Below, piece by piece: positions 39,267 to 50,194 of a stretch of 64,000 nucleotides of DNA. The notes beneath the pieces are model-generated. The model ran no database searches. It had not been told where the DNA came from and saw nothing but the letters and a program-made list of their open reading frames with translations. This DNA is from Candidatus Pacearchaeota archaeon (lineage in GTDB: Archaea; Nanobdellota; Nanobdellia; Pacearchaeales; GW2011-AR1): contig JAFCFJ010000008.1 in NCBI GenBank assembly GCA_017608705.1, forward strand, positions 465-64,464. The letters are read 5' to 3'. A program made the translations under genes and the position numbers. Within the stretch, counting starts at the first letter, position 1, and every line of letters begins with the position of its first letter.

Positions 39267-40031
39267 ATGAAAGGTATATGGATGGGTGGCATGCTGTATT
39301 CTGACCTTAAGAGAGTCTTGGAGGAAATTGACAATTACGAAAAATATAGAAGTAGTCCAGTTAGCGAAGTTTTTGCATTTAGTGAGTGGAGACGATATGC
39401 TAGCATGTCTTTTTGGTATAAATATAAGAGTCTTTCTAAGAGACTTGGTAGAATGCTTGCTTCTCTTGAGGAGAATAAGGCAAAAGAAATTTTTGCAACA
39501 GCAGACATTCTGGACAGCTTCAATTTTAATGTTATGAGTTTTTTCATGGATTATTTTCCTAATAGTCTCGAAGATATTGTGGAATCATTGGAAAGGAATG
39601 TGCTAGAGAGGAGTTTGTTAGAGGTGGTATTTTATGGAAGTTACGGGGATTTTGATTGGTTCGAGAAGTATGGCGGGAATGTTATCAGAATATACATGGC
39701 TCCTGATTTTTTTGGTATGGATTATAAGGAAGGAAAGCGTGAGATAGTATTGGCGTGGAGTTCTGCTTCAATTCAAGACTTTATTTCACAGCTGAGAGAT
39801 AAGCAAACTGGAAAATTTGATGTTATGATTGTGCGAGAAGGAAAAACACATTTTTTCGATGCACTGTTCCCTTTACTTTATTCACAGGGTTTTTTAGGAA
39901 AAGATGCTTTGTTGTTATGGCACCGGAACTCTATTTCTGTAGGCAAAATTTTTGTGAAAGCAAAATTTTTGCCAAGGTATCCTGGAAAAGAGATAATGCC
40001 ATGTCTCACACCAGGAATACTTTGTAGTTAA
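39267..40031 (+). CDS. Hypothetical protein (orphan-like)
   Basis: 254-aa AT-rich ORF between gdhA and rgy. Confidence 0.6.
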   Translation: MKGIWMGGMLYSDLKRVLEEIDNYEKYRSSPVSEVFAFSEWRRYASMSFWYKYKSLSKRLGRMLASLEENKAKEIFATADILDSFNFNVMSFFMDYFPNSLEDIVESLERNVLERSLLEVVFYGSYGDFDWFEKYGGNVIRIYMAPDFFGMDYKEGKREIVLAWSSASIQDFISQLRDKQTGKFDVMIVREGKTHFFDALFPLLYSQGFLGKDALLLWHRNSISVGKIFVKAKFLPRYPGKEIMPCLTPGILCS

Positions 40032-40062
40032 TTTTTTCAAGCTTCTTATTTTAATTTTCATA

Positions 40063-43000
40063 ATGGAAAAGGTAAAGGCAATATTCCTGCGTGCCTGTCC
40101 TAATTGTGGTAGGGCTATTTCAGATGTTAGGCTAAGAGAAGGGAGCGTTTGTGTTAAATGTTTGGAGAGGAAGATTGCTTATAAGCAAGAACGTGACGTG
40201 GAAAAAATTTACAATGCACTCAGGAAAAATAATAGGTTGGAATCCTATGGTGAAATTTACAATTTTTATGATGCGGTGAAGCGCATTGAGGAATTTTTCA
40301 AACAAACTACTGGCGTATTACCTTGGAGCTCCCAGCTTGCGTGGATGAAGCGCATTATTCGTGGCGAAAGTTTCTCTATTGTCGCAAGCACAGGCATGGG
40401 TAAGACAACCTTTTGCTTAGTCGCAGCACTTTACTTTGCTTTACAAGGCAAAAAATGTTATCTGGTTTTTCCCACTTCTGTGTTGGTAGAGCAGGCAAGC
40501 GAAAAAATAAGAAATTTTGCTGAGAAAATAAATGCGAGCCTGTCAATCTTATCTTATTCTGCAAAGAGTAAGAATAAGAATGAGATCAAGAAAAAAATTG
40601 CAAGTGGAAATTTTGATATCTTTTTGAGTTCAACACAATTCCTTGCGAGGAACTTCCAGATTCTTGGTGACAAGCGTTTTGATTTTATTTTTGTCGATGA
40701 TGCTGACTCGCTCCTGAGATCATCAAGGAATATAGAGAGAGTGATCAAATTATTGGGCTTTACAGATAAAGCTATGGAAGTTGCATACAGGATTGCGCAA
40801 GAGAGAGTTAGGGGTAATGAGGCTGTTGTGAGAAAACTTGAAAGAAGAATAGAGAAAATGAAGCAAGACCACGGAATTCTTATCGTGTCTAGTGCTACAG
40901 GAAGGGCAAAAGGTAAGAAAATTGTTTTATATCGGGAGCTTCTTGACTTCGAGATAGGTAGTTCGGCAGAGAGCCTAAGGAATGTTCAGGATGCATACAC
41001 GCATGGGGATATTGTCAGGATTGTCAAGGAATTAGGTAGGGGAGGTTTGGTTTTCGTTTCGCAAGAGTTAGGGCTAGAGAAGGCAAAAGAAATTTGCAAA
41101 AGGCTAAGAACTGAGGGCGTGCGTTGTGGTGTTGTTCATGCACAAGACAAGAGCGGGATAGAGAAGCTGAGAGATGGCGAGCTTGATGTTCTTGTTGGTG
41201 TGGCTAGTTACTATGGTGTTCTTGTTAGAGGCCTGGACTTTCCGCATATTATACGTTATGCTGTGTTTTACGGCGTGCCAAAATTTAGGTTCTCTCTCTC
41301 GCTTGAGAATCCTACCATTTACAGCGTTATAGCGATACTTGATTTACTTGCAGATGTTCTTGAGGGAAATGAAAAAGAAATAGCCCAGGGCCTTGCCCTA
41401 AAACTTAGGCGTGCTGTATCGAGAATTCCAGTAGAGGTTATACGTGCTATCGAAAGGAATGAGAGCAGCGAGAGGTATAGCGGTCTCAGCAAATTGTTTA
41501 GCCAAGCTACAGATTTTGTCAGGAAGGTAATGGCAAGCCAAAATGTGGTGGAGAAACTTGCTAGCCATGAATATGCAAATGTGGTTAAAGAGCAAGATCG
41601 CTTGTTTGTTGAAATTCCTGATGTACGAACATATATTCAGGCAAGTGGCCGCACGTCTCGTTTGTATGCTGGCGGAATCACGCGTGGCCTGAGCGTGGTT
41701 GTTGTTGATAATGAAAAACTTTTTCACGCACTGATGGCTGGCTTAAGATGGCGTTATCCAGAAGCAAAATTTGTTGAGTTCGAGAAGCTGAAACTTGACA
41801 AGCTTCTCAAAGAAATTGATGAGGACAGGGAAAAGGTGAGACGGATTCTTGAAGGCAGAGCAGACATAAAAGGCACGAGAGAGCTGGTAAAGATAGCGTT
41901 GATGATAGTGGAGTCACCAAATAAGGCAAAGACCATTGCTAACTTTTTTGGGAAACCGAGCAAGAGAAAATACGGCAAACTGGTTGCCTACGAGGTTTCT
42001 ACAGGCAAGCTTTTACTGACGATTGTTGCTACTGTAGGACATGTTTTTGATTTGGTAACGAGAATAGGGAAAGATGGTGTTTTCGTGAATAGCAGGTTTG
42101 TTCCTGTCTATGATACCCTGAAAAAAACTGCAAGGGGTGAACAGTTTGTTGATCAACTTTCGCTTGAAAATGCAGAGAATGACAAACTTGAAACGCTTAA
42201 GTCTATTGTAAAACTAGCCCAGGAAGTCGATGAAGTCTACATAGCCACGGATCCAGATGTTGAGGGAGAAAAAATAGCATGGGATGTTTCTCTTTTTCTT
42301 AGACCATATATTACCAAAATTTACAGGACAGAGTTTCATGAGGTTACGAGGCATGCTATAGAAGAGGCCATAGAAAAGAAGAGAGCACTGAACGAGAAAC
42401 TTGTTGAGGCTCAGATTGTAAGAAGAATAGAAGATAGATGGCTCGGCTTTGGTCTTAGTCGTTTCTTGCAGAGACATTTCAGAAAAAAAGGTTTGTCTGC
42501 AGGCCGTGTCCAAACCCCTGTTCTCGGCTGGATTATAAACAGAACAGAAAAACATAAGAAAAGCCTTTCTAAGTTTACTAGGCTTATACTCGAGAATGGT
42601 CTTGAAATTGTTATCCGGGGCATAGTTGATGCACAGCATGTTACAGTTAGAAGCGTGCATGTTGAAACAAGAGAGCTGAAGCCACGAGCACCTTATGTTA
42701 CACATTCTATGATAAGAGATGCCTCTGCGATACTTGGTTTTTCTGCCAGCTACACAATGAAGCTAGCGCAAGAATTGTTTGAAAGTGCACTTATCACGTA
42801 TCACAGAACAGACTCCACGCGTGTTTCGCTTACAGGCATTGCCATTGCCAAGCAATACATCGGGGATAAGTTTGGCAGGAAGATGTTCGTAGGGAGAAGA
42901 TGGCAAACATCTTCTGGCGGAGCTCATGAGTGTATAAGGCCAACACGTGCTGTTGATGGAAGACATCTTGAGCGTTTGATTGCAGAAAACATTATCACGC

Positions 43001-43578
43001 CTGCGGTTAGGATAACAAAACACCATCTCTTGCTTTATGATATGATCTTCAAAAGATTTGTTGCTAGCCAGATGAAACCTGCGAAGGTGAAAATACAGAA
43101 AGCTATCTTGCAATGTGGGAATGAGCAAGTGGAGATAGAAAATTTTATCGAGATTGTGGAAGCAGGATGGATGCAGCTTTATCCAACAAAACTTGTACAA
43201 GAGTTAAAGGCAGGACAGGAGCTTCGCGTTGTGAAACATGAAACTTTCTCTGCTCATACCATACCGTTATATACAGAGGGCGAAGTTGTAGAGGAGATGC
43301 AGAAGAGAGGCATAGGCAGACCATCTACATATGCCCAAATAATTTCCGTTTTACTTAGGCGCGGATATGTTATCAAAAAAGGAAAATATTTATTTGCAAC
43401 TAGACTTGGATCATTTGTGCATGCTTTTCTTGTAAGGAGATTTCCAAAAATGGTTTCTGAGGAACGCACGAGAAGACTTGAGCAAGAGATGAGGTATGTG
43501 GAAGAGGGAAAGATGCATTACCAGGATGTGCTTAAAAAAATTTATAATGAGTTGAGAAGAGAGGCGATAATTTTTTAA
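40063..43578 (+). CDS. rgy: Reverse gyrase
   Basis: N-terminal CPNC..CVKC, SF2 helicase (STGMGKT, DDAD, YIQASGRTSR) fused to topoisomerase IA (VESPNKA, DPDVEGE, SAGRVQTP, ITYHRTD). Confidence 0.97.
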   Translation: MEKVKAIFLRACPNCGRAISDVRLREGSVCVKCLERKIAYKQERDVEKIYNALRKNNRLESYGEIYNFYDAVKRIEEFFKQTTGVLPWSSQLAWMKRIIRGESFSIVASTGMGKTTFCLVAALYFALQGKKCYLVFPTSVLVEQASEKIRNFAEKINASLSILSYSAKSKNKNEIKKKIASGNFDIFLSSTQFLARNFQILGDKRFDFIFVDDADSLLRSSRNIERVIKLLGFTDKAMEVAYRIAQERVRGNEAVVRKLERRIEKMKQDHGILIVSSATGRAKGKKIVLYRELLDFEIGSSAESLRNVQDAYTHGDIVRIVKELGRGGLVFVSQELGLEKAKEICKRLRTEGVRCGVVHAQDKSGIEKLRDGELDVLVGVASYYGVLVRGLDFPHIIRYAVFYGVPKFRFSLSLENPTIYSVIAILDLLADVLEGNEKEIAQGLALKLRRAVSRIPVEVIRAIERNESSERYSGLSKLFSQATDFVRKVMASQNVVEKLASHEYANVVKEQDRLFVEIPDVRTYIQASGRTSRLYAGGITRGLSVVVVDNEKLFHALMAGLRWRYPEAKFVEFEKLKLDKLLKEIDEDREKVRRILEGRADIKGTRELVKIALMIVESPNKAKTIANFFGKPSKRKYGKLVAYEVSTGKLLLTIVATVGHVFDLVTRIGKDGVFVNSRFVPVYDTLKKTARGEQFVDQLSLENAENDKLETLKSIVKLAQEVDEVYIATDPDVEGEKIAWDVSLFLRPYITKIYRTEFHEVTRHAIEEAIEKKRALNEKLVEAQIVRRIEDRWLGFGLSRFLQRHFRKKGLSAGRVQTPVLGWIINRTEKHKKSLSKFTRLILENGLEIVIRGIVDAQHVTVRSVHVETRELKPRAPYVTHSMIRDASAILGFSASYTMKLAQELFESALITYHRTDSTRVSLTGIAIAKQYIGDKFGRKMFVGRRWQTSSGGAHECIRPTRAVDGRHLERLIAENIITPAVRITKHHLLLYDMIFKRFVASQMKPAKVKIQKAILQCGNEQVEIENFIEIVEAGWMQLYPTKLVQELKAGQELRVVKHETFSAHTIPLYTEGEVVEEMQKRGIGRPSTYAQIISVLLRRGYVIKKGKYLFATRLGSFVHAFLVRRFPKMVSEERTRRLEQEMRYVEEGKMHYQDVLKKIYNELRREAIIF

Positions 43579-43626
43579 TTAACATCTTTATTTTTATTAT
43601 GTTAGTTTTGATCTTGTGGTGTTAAG

Positions 43627-44379
43627 ATGAAAATCAAAGAGGGCATGCTTGTATTGCTTCTCGGCAAGGAAGGTAGCTATCTTGTGCATGCGCGCAAGGA
43701 AAAATTCAATGTTTCAGAAGGTATTGTAGATTTGGGTGAGCTTATAGGTAAGAATTTCGGCACAAAAATAAAAACACACAAGGGTTACGAGTTTGCTGTT
43801 GTTAAGCCGAGCATTGTGGATTTTCTTATGAAAAAAGCAAAGATGATGCCTCAGGCAGTAAGGCCAAAAGATAGTGCTTTGATTTTGGCTTACACAGGAC
43901 TCAGGAATAATGCCAGAATTGTCGAGGCTGGAACAGGAAGTGCATGGCTCACACTGTTTTTAGCGAGCGCGTGTTCGAAAGGCAAGATTTACAGCTACGA
44001 GATGCGGAGAGATTTTTATCTTAATGCAAAGAAGAATATTGAGGCAAGCGGAATGAAAAATATCGTGTTGAAAAACAAGAATATTCTCGATGGTATTGAT
44101 GAGAGGAATGTGGATGCTGTTATTTTGGATATGTTGCATGCAGAAAAGGCCATACCTTTGGCGTACAAAACATTGAAACCTGGTGGCTGGCTTGTTGTTT
44201 ACTCACCATATATCGAGCAGGTAAAGGCTGTTAATGAGGAAATAGCCAAATATAATTTTACTCAGGTCAGCACTGTGGAGAATATCCTTAGGGCATGGGA
44301 TGTGCGCGAGCATACACTGCCACGACGTCATGGTTTGATGCATACAGGTTTCCTTACATTTGCGAGAAAGGTTTTCTGA
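43627..44379 (+). CDS. trmI: tRNA (adenine-N1)-methyltransferase
   Basis: PQAVRPKD, VEAGTGS, ILDM, YSPYIEQV, HTGFL. Confidence 0.92.
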   Translation: MKIKEGMLVLLLGKEGSYLVHARKEKFNVSEGIVDLGELIGKNFGTKIKTHKGYEFAVVKPSIVDFLMKKAKMMPQAVRPKDSALILAYTGLRNNARIVEAGTGSAWLTLFLASACSKGKIYSYEMRRDFYLNAKKNIEASGMKNIVLKNKNILDGIDERNVDAVILDMLHAEKAIPLAYKTLKPGGWLVVYSPYIEQVKAVNEEIAKYNFTQVSTVENILRAWDVREHTLPRRHGLMHTGFLTFARKVF

Positions 44380-44394
44380 TGTTTCAGCTATATA

Positions 44395-46110
44395 TCAAGA
44401 TTTTTTCCTGCCTGTTTCCTTTTCCCACTCCTCTCTTATTTCACTCAGCGTTGCTATATCACTCGGAGAGCGATCGGGTCTTAGTCTTGTTATTCTTGGG
44501 AATCTCAGAGCAAAGCCGGAAGCATATTTTGGACTTTTTTGGATGTTCTGATAAACTACGGTAACCACGATTTTTGGCTTTATCCTGACATCTCTGCCGT
44601 GTTCTTCTACGATCAAGGGTTTCAACATTTTTGTTAGTTCATCAAAGCTTAAACCAACCTCTTGCTTTTCCTTTATTCCTGTCCCGACCTTACCAACCTC
44701 GAGGAAGTTTCCTGTTTTTTCATCACGACAAGCAATAACAAAACTTGAGAGCCAGCCTCCGCGTTTCCCTGTGCCATACTCCGCGCCCACGATCACGAGA
44801 TCAAATTCCTTTTCCTCAGGCTTAATCTTGAGCATATAACCAACACGGGCTCCAGGTTTATAAGGCGCATCAAGATTTTTTGCCATAAGCCCTTCGTGTC
44901 CTGCTTTCAACGCTTTCCTGAAAAAACTCTCTGCTTTGCTCTCACTATCGGTGATCAATTGTTCTGCTGGTTTTAGCTCGAGTTTCTTGCCTTTTACTAT
45001 TTTCCTCAAAAGCTCACTTCTTTTCCTGAAAGGCTCGTTGAGCAGAGATTTGCCATTGTAGTATATTATATCGAAGACATTCACCTCTACTGGCAATTCC
45101 TTGCTCAGCTTTTCTATGTCATATTTCCTCTTTATTCTTTGGCTTATTTCTTGGAATGGCCTGTACTTCTTTGTACGTGGCGAGTAACCTACAGCTTCGC
45201 TATCTATGATAAAACTCTTAGCCTTGATATACTTCTTAACATACTCTACAACTTCAGGAAATTGTTTTGTTACATCCTCGAGCCGTCTCGTGAATATTGT
45301 AATCTTGCCATCCTCGCTCTTGTTGAGCATCATTCGAAAGCCATCATACTTGAATTCAAAAGCAGCAGGCTTGCCAACCTGCTCAAAAGCATCAGCAATA
45401 TTTTTTGCTTTCAATGCGAGCATCACCTTTACAGGCTTTCCTGGCACGAGCATAATCTCCTCTAATTTTTTTACACCATGACATGCGGCCTCAAACACAG
45501 CAGCAAAATCATTAGCTTTGTCATAAGCTGCTTCAACGCTTGCTACATATTCTTTTGCCTTTTCTCTCCCGAAGCAAGCCCATGTTATAGCATCCCGCAT
45601 TATGCCCTCGCCTGTCCCTACACGGAGTTCGCCGAGAACCGTCCTGATAAGGTAGCGTGCCTCTATTGGCTTGGCCGCGGAAAGCAATTCAGCAAGCAAG
45701 CTTATCTTTTTCTCTATTGTGCCCGGTCCTTCGAGCTCTGCTGCTTTACGCAAATTTTCTAAGACCTTCTCCGTGGTAAGCTCTTTTTGGAAAAGTGTGA
45801 TTTGCTTTTTTTTCTTAACCAGCTTTTCCGCTGTTTTACCAAGATCTCCTGATTTTTTCCATTCCTCTACTACATCTTCTGCTGGTATGCCTGTCGCTTT
45901 GCTTATCGCTTTTATCGCGAGCTGTGCTGAAATGCCAACTTCTTTCTGCGAATAATCTGGAAACACACTTCCGCGAAGCAGATAAATGATTTCTTTGTTC
46001 TTTTCCTTCTTGAGCTTGTGGAGAAAGTTTGCGAGAATCTCTGTTTTATCAAGCCTGCTGCTTGTGGCCTCAAGCCTCTCATAAATTTTGCACAGTTCCT
46101 CATATTTCAT
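44395..46110 (-). CDS. lig: ATP-dependent DNA ligase
   Basis: EFKYDGFR, EGLMAK, DLVIVGA, ALRFPR. Confidence 0.96.
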   Translation of the reverse strand: MKYEELCKIYERLEATSSRLDKTEILANFLHKLKKEKNKEIIYLLRGSVFPDYSQKEVGISAQLAIKAISKATGIPAEDVVEEWKKSGDLGKTAEKLVKKKKQITLFQKELTTEKVLENLRKAAELEGPGTIEKKISLLAELLSAAKPIEARYLIRTVLGELRVGTGEGIMRDAITWACFGREKAKEYVASVEAAYDKANDFAAVFEAACHGVKKLEEIMLVPGKPVKVMLALKAKNIADAFEQVGKPAAFEFKYDGFRMMLNKSEDGKITIFTRRLEDVTKQFPEVVEYVKKYIKAKSFIIDSEAVGYSPRTKKYRPFQEISQRIKRKYDIEKLSKELPVEVNVFDIIYYNGKSLLNEPFRKRSELLRKIVKGKKLELKPAEQLITDSESKAESFFRKALKAGHEGLMAKNLDAPYKPGARVGYMLKIKPEEKEFDLVIVGAEYGTGKRGGWLSSFVIACRDEKTGNFLEVGKVGTGIKEKQEVGLSFDELTKMLKPLIVEEHGRDVRIKPKIVVTVVYQNIQKSPKYASGFALRFPRITRLRPDRSPSDIATLSEIREEWEKETGRKKS

Positions 46111-46190
46111 GTAACCAAAAGGAAGAAGGATTATTTAAGATTTCTGTTTTATTCCTGGCTGTGGATGAAAATAAGGAAGAAAAATAAGAA

Positions 46191-46478
46191 TCAGTCCCAA
46201 AACACGATTTTGCCTTCAAGACCATGTTCTCTTATCAGCTGTGCTATATTCCTTCTTTCGCTCTCCGTTCCGATCGTTTCCACATACGCTGTTTTGTTTT
46301 CTCCTATTATTGTTTTTTGCACTCTTCCTGGAATGATTAGATACCGACCTTTTTTTGGAATCGATGTTTCCTCCACAAGAATTGTGCAACCACGCTCACA
46401 CTTGTCACAATGTAAATACTCTATCTTTCCGCCACTTCCACGGGCTCTCTCTTCGAAGCAGTAAGCCCTAATTCCCAT
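46191..46478 (-). CDS. Small hypothetical protein (Cys-containing)
   Basis: 95-aa ORF, CDKCERGC. Confidence 0.5.
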   Translation of the reverse strand: MGIRAYCFEERARGSGGKIEYLHCDKCERGCTILVEETSIPKKGRYLIIPGRVQKTIIGENKTAYVETIGTESERRNIAQLIREHGLEGKIVFWD

Positions 46479-46653
46479 TTGAGGTGAAAACGCAAATGAA
46501 AATTGTTTTTTAAATATTTCTTAATTTTTGTAATATTCATAATTCTGATATATGCTTTATGGCTGAGTAAAAATTTAGGTGTTTAACTTGCTTTCGCAAA
46601 AAAACGAAAGATATAAAAAGCATTTTTGTGTTCTCAATAGAGAAAAGGGGAAA

Positions 46654-47430
46654 ATGCTAGGAGCAAAATTTGGGAAAAAGCATACTCTTGCATTGGTTCT
46701 TGTGCTTGTGGCTATTACCGCGATTTTTGTTGTACGTGCCATCAATGGCAATACTGTTGATACAAGCAAACCATGGCATCCGCTTCAGCAAATAGCAAAG
46801 GATGAGACGAGTTTTGAGAGTGTGGATGCTAATGCTAACGGTATCATAGATGAGGCTGAAAATGCAAGTTATGCTGAAAGAGCAGGAACTTGCGATAGTT
46901 GTGGTGCTGGTGTGAAAAGTGGTGATGTTGTAGCTGGTTATCTTTTGCTGTATGCTTCATATACAGATTCTAGAGGATTAAGAGAAGGAGTGACAGGGGC
47001 AGACTTTGTCTCTCCGACGATGTATCTTGGTTCTTCTAAAGATGCATGGATGGAGATGATAAAATTGGAGTATTCAGCTTACGAGCGCTTGCAACATCCA
47101 TGGCTTTTGCAATGGGCGCCTATAGCGTTGCGTGGAGACGAGTTTGATAAAGATTTTGTTAATGTGCCATGCTACTTCCCAGAAGCCGGAAAATACAAGA
47201 TTGTAATAAGGGTCAAGAACGCGAATGAGAACGGTTATAAGTTCTGGATAGATGGTAAGGAAGAAAACTGGGGATATCCTACATATTATGTACAGTCATT
47301 TGGAGATGGGTCAAAACTTTACGAGCTTTCTTGGGATATAAACACTCCTGGAGTAAAAACATGTAGGTTCCGAACAAATTTAGATAGTGATCCTGATTTA
47401 TTTTATGGCTTCTTCATCTATAAGGCTTGA
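46654..47430 (+). CDS. Secreted/surface protein with Dx[DN]xNG Ca-binding-like motif and aromatic-rich C-terminal domain
   Basis: Signal/TM helix, DANANGIID, CDSC, Trp/Tyr-rich beta-type C-terminus. Confidence 0.65.
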   Translation: MLGAKFGKKHTLALVLVLVAITAIFVVRAINGNTVDTSKPWHPLQQIAKDETSFESVDANANGIIDEAENASYAERAGTCDSCGAGVKSGDVVAGYLLLYASYTDSRGLREGVTGADFVSPTMYLGSSKDAWMEMIKLEYSAYERLQHPWLLQWAPIALRGDEFDKDFVNVPCYFPEAGKYKIVIRVKNANENGYKFWIDGKEENWGYPTYYVQSFGDGSKLYELSWDINTPGVKTCRFRTNLDSDPDLFYGFFIYKA

Positions 47431-47543
47431 GCGTGATGGTTGAGTAACCAAAGGGGATGGGCTGGTGAGAGCCAGGATTTTAGCATCTGGAATCGATTTG
47501 AAAACTAAGAAAGAATTAAAAATCCATTTCTCTGTATTGTTTT

Positions 47544-48980
47544 ATGACAATGCCTGTGGCTGGACAAAAGACTGAAGATAGGTCTGTGAAGGCAAGAGCA
47601 CGTATAGGCTTAGAGATTCATGTTTATTTGCTCACGCGGGAAAAGCTATTCTGCCGTTGTAAGGCTGAACATGGTAAGAAGCTTACTGAGCCAAATACAA
47701 ACATATGTCCTATATGCACAGGGCAGCCAGGAGCCAAGCCAATGTTGCCCAATAAGGAAGCTATAGACAAAGCACTGAAAATCGCATTAATGCTGAACTG
47801 CAAGATAAATACTGGCAAGGATGGTAAGGTTGTGGTATGGCAGAGGAAACACTATGATTGGCCAGACTTGCCAAAAGGCTATCAGGACACGCAGAGCGGA
47901 GCATACAGCGTGCCTCTTGCCATCAACGGGAAGTTTGAGGGTATAAGGATAAAAGAATTACATGTAGAAGAAGATCCTGCTTCATGGAATCCAGAAACAG
48001 GAGCAATAGATTATAACCGTAGTGGCATACCTCTTGTAGAAATTGTTACCGAGCCTGATTTTAGCAGTGGCGAGCAGGTTGTTGAATGGCTGAAGAAACT
48101 TATGCTTGTTCTTGCATATGTTAAGGCAATAGATAAGACCGCAGGATTGAAAGCTGATGTTAATATTTCTCTTGTAGGCGCGAACGATGATGCGAGAGTA
48201 GAAGTTCTGAACAGTCTTGAGGCAATAGAAAAAGCGATAGCTTACGAGATCAGGAGACAGGAGCAAGAAGGCACATCACGCGAGACAAGACGTTATGATT
48301 CAGCTAAAGGCAAGACCGTGAAGATGCGTGAAAAAGAAACGCAAGCAGATTATCGGTTTATTCCTGATCCTGACTTGCCCATGCTGAAGATTAGCCAGGC
48401 CCGTGTGGAGAAATTGAAAAAAGAGTTGCCAGAGGCACCACAGAAAAAACTTGAAAAGCTTCTCTCGGAGCATGGCATAGATAAAAAAGCAGCGGATGTG
48501 CTTGCTAACGACGTAGATTTAGTTATGCTCTTCGAGAGGGTCGTTGGTCTTGGCATAAAACCTGCAACCGCGGTCAAGTGGCTCACCATAGAGCTGTTGC
48601 GTGTTCTTAACTATAACAAGCTAACTCTCGACGAATGCGAGATCAAGCCAGAGCATGTAGCAGAACTTATCAGGCTTGTTGAGGAAGGCAAGATTACAGA
48701 GCTTAAGGCAAAACAAATTCTTAACGAGTTTGTGCCACGATCGTTTTCACCAAGACAAAAGCTGAAAGAGGCAAAGAAGATTACAAGCGTTGCTGTTTTG
48801 GAAGGAATTATCGATAACGTGCTGGCAAGTAATGAGAAAGCTGTCCAAGACTATATGAGTGGTAAGGAAGAAGCATTCAATTTTCTGCTTGGCCAGATTA
48901 TGAAGGCAAGCGAAAGGCGTGCTGACTATAGGCTTGCATCTAAGCTATTAAGAAAAAAGCTTGATGCAAGAAGCGCTTAG
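47544..48980 (+). CDS. gatB: Amidotransferase subunit B; apparent 2-aa deletion near 48206
   Basis: IGLEIH, CPICTGQPG, RKHYDWPDLPKGYQ, NRSGIPLVEIVTEPD, YRFIPDPDL. Confidence 0.95.
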   Translation: MTMPVAGQKTEDRSVKARARIGLEIHVYLLTREKLFCRCKAEHGKKLTEPNTNICPICTGQPGAKPMLPNKEAIDKALKIALMLNCKINTGKDGKVVVWQRKHYDWPDLPKGYQDTQSGAYSVPLAINGKFEGIRIKELHVEEDPASWNPETGAIDYNRSGIPLVEIVTEPDFSSGEQVVEWLKKLMLVLAYVKAIDKTAGLKADVNISLVGANDDARVEVLNSLEAIEKAIAYEIRRQEQEGTSRETRRYDSAKGKTVKMREKETQADYRFIPDPDLPMLKISQARVEKLKKELPEAPQKKLEKLLSEHGIDKKAADVLANDVDLVMLFERVVGLGIKPATAVKWLTIELLRVLNYNKLTLDECEIKPEHVAELIRLVEEGKITELKAKQILNEFVPRSFSPRQKLKEAKKITSVAVLEGIIDNVLASNEKAVQDYMSGKEEAFNFLLGQIMKASERRADYRLASKLLRKKLDARSA

Positions 48981-50101
48981 CTAAAAATAAATTTGCTGCT
49001 TACTGCAACTAAAAATATAAGCAAGAGCAAAGCGAGAAGTGGCCACGAGATAGGCATGCTATATTCTGGTTCTCTATTGCCAAGTTTTTTTGCACGTATG
49101 ATCATGAGAAGCACGAGCAAGCCAGTGATGCCGCCTGATATATTTCCAGCGAGAGCAAGCAACTGTGAAAAACTTGCAAGACCAAATTTTTTCAATGCCA
49201 GGAAGATAAGCAAGGTAGGAACTATGACAAGTAATGTAGCTTTTTTCTTTCTCATCCCGAAATCAAACATATACATGTCACGCAAAGCTATGCTCAGAGC
49301 AAAGAATGCGGTAAACATTGTTATTACACCAAGAAAAACAAAGATGCGGGCAAGCGAAAGCGTGGCAATCTCGTTGATGGCTTTGCCGGCATAACCAAGC
49401 ACCACGAATGTGAAAACAGCATATACGGTGAGAGGTATTAACATGCCGATAATTATAGCTTTTTTCATCAAACTTTCCTGGCCATGCAAAACGCGTTCGA
49501 GTTCTGGCAAAGCTGAAAAGCCGAGAAATGCAAACAAAATAACGCCGAGAGGCATGAACACCTGTTTTGCGCTTGAATATGCAAGATTACTTAGCTCGAT
49601 TTTTGGCCCGTAATAAACAACAATTGACAAAAGCATAAAAAGCACGAGCACGAGGCCAATGCTCTCGCCCTTTTTCATCGTGCGGAAACCACGTGCTATC
49701 AATAATGACATGAAGAGCCAGAATGTAAGGCTGAAGGCTAGGCCATAGTTCGTGTTGGCAAAGAAGATCATACTAAGGCTTTCACCTTCTGCGAGCATGT
49801 ATGCGATGAGTGCAGAGTAAATACCGAAAATCATGGAGAAAAGCATGATCATACGGCCAAAAGCCCCGAGATACCGTTTTGCATAACCAGGCAATTGGTG
49901 TTCGCCTTTGGTTCGTAATGCTATTTCGCCGAGATAGAGGTTTATCATCAGCATGACGAACCATAACAAAACTATGTATGCAAGGCCTATAAGAAATCCT
50001 GTTCTTGCCACAGCATATGGAATTCCGAGAAAACCGGCACCAATAATCGTGCCTGTTAATGTGGCCACAGCAGGAAACAGCTTGTTCCTCTTTTTTTGCA
50101 T
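48977..50101 (-). CDS. Aromatic amino-acid permease family transporter
   Basis: GTIIGAGFLGIPY, HQLPGYAKRYLG, about 11 TM segments. Confidence 0.85.
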   Translation of the reverse strand: MQKKRNKLFPAVATLTGTIIGAGFLGIPYAVARTGFLIGLAYIVLLWFVMLMINLYLGEIALRTKGEHQLPGYAKRYLGAFGRMIMLFSMIFGIYSALIAYMLAEGESLSMIFFANTNYGLAFSLTFWLFMSLLIARGFRTMKKGESIGLVLVLFMLLSIVVYYGPKIELSNLAYSSAKQVFMPLGVILFAFLGFSALPELERVLHGQESLMKKAIIIGMLIPLTVYAVFTFVVLGYAGKAINEIATLSLARIFVFLGVITMFTAFFALSIALRDMYMFDFGMRKKKATLLVIVPTLLIFLALKKFGLASFSQLLALAGNISGGITGLLVLLMIIRAKKLGNREPEYSMPISWPLLALLLLIFLVAVSSKFIFS

Positions 50102-50194
50102 ACAGAAAATTGTTACTAGACTTATTAAAAACTTTTGTATCCCTGCCGACATAGGTTATAAAAAATATTTTAAATTGCCCAGCCATATAATAAC

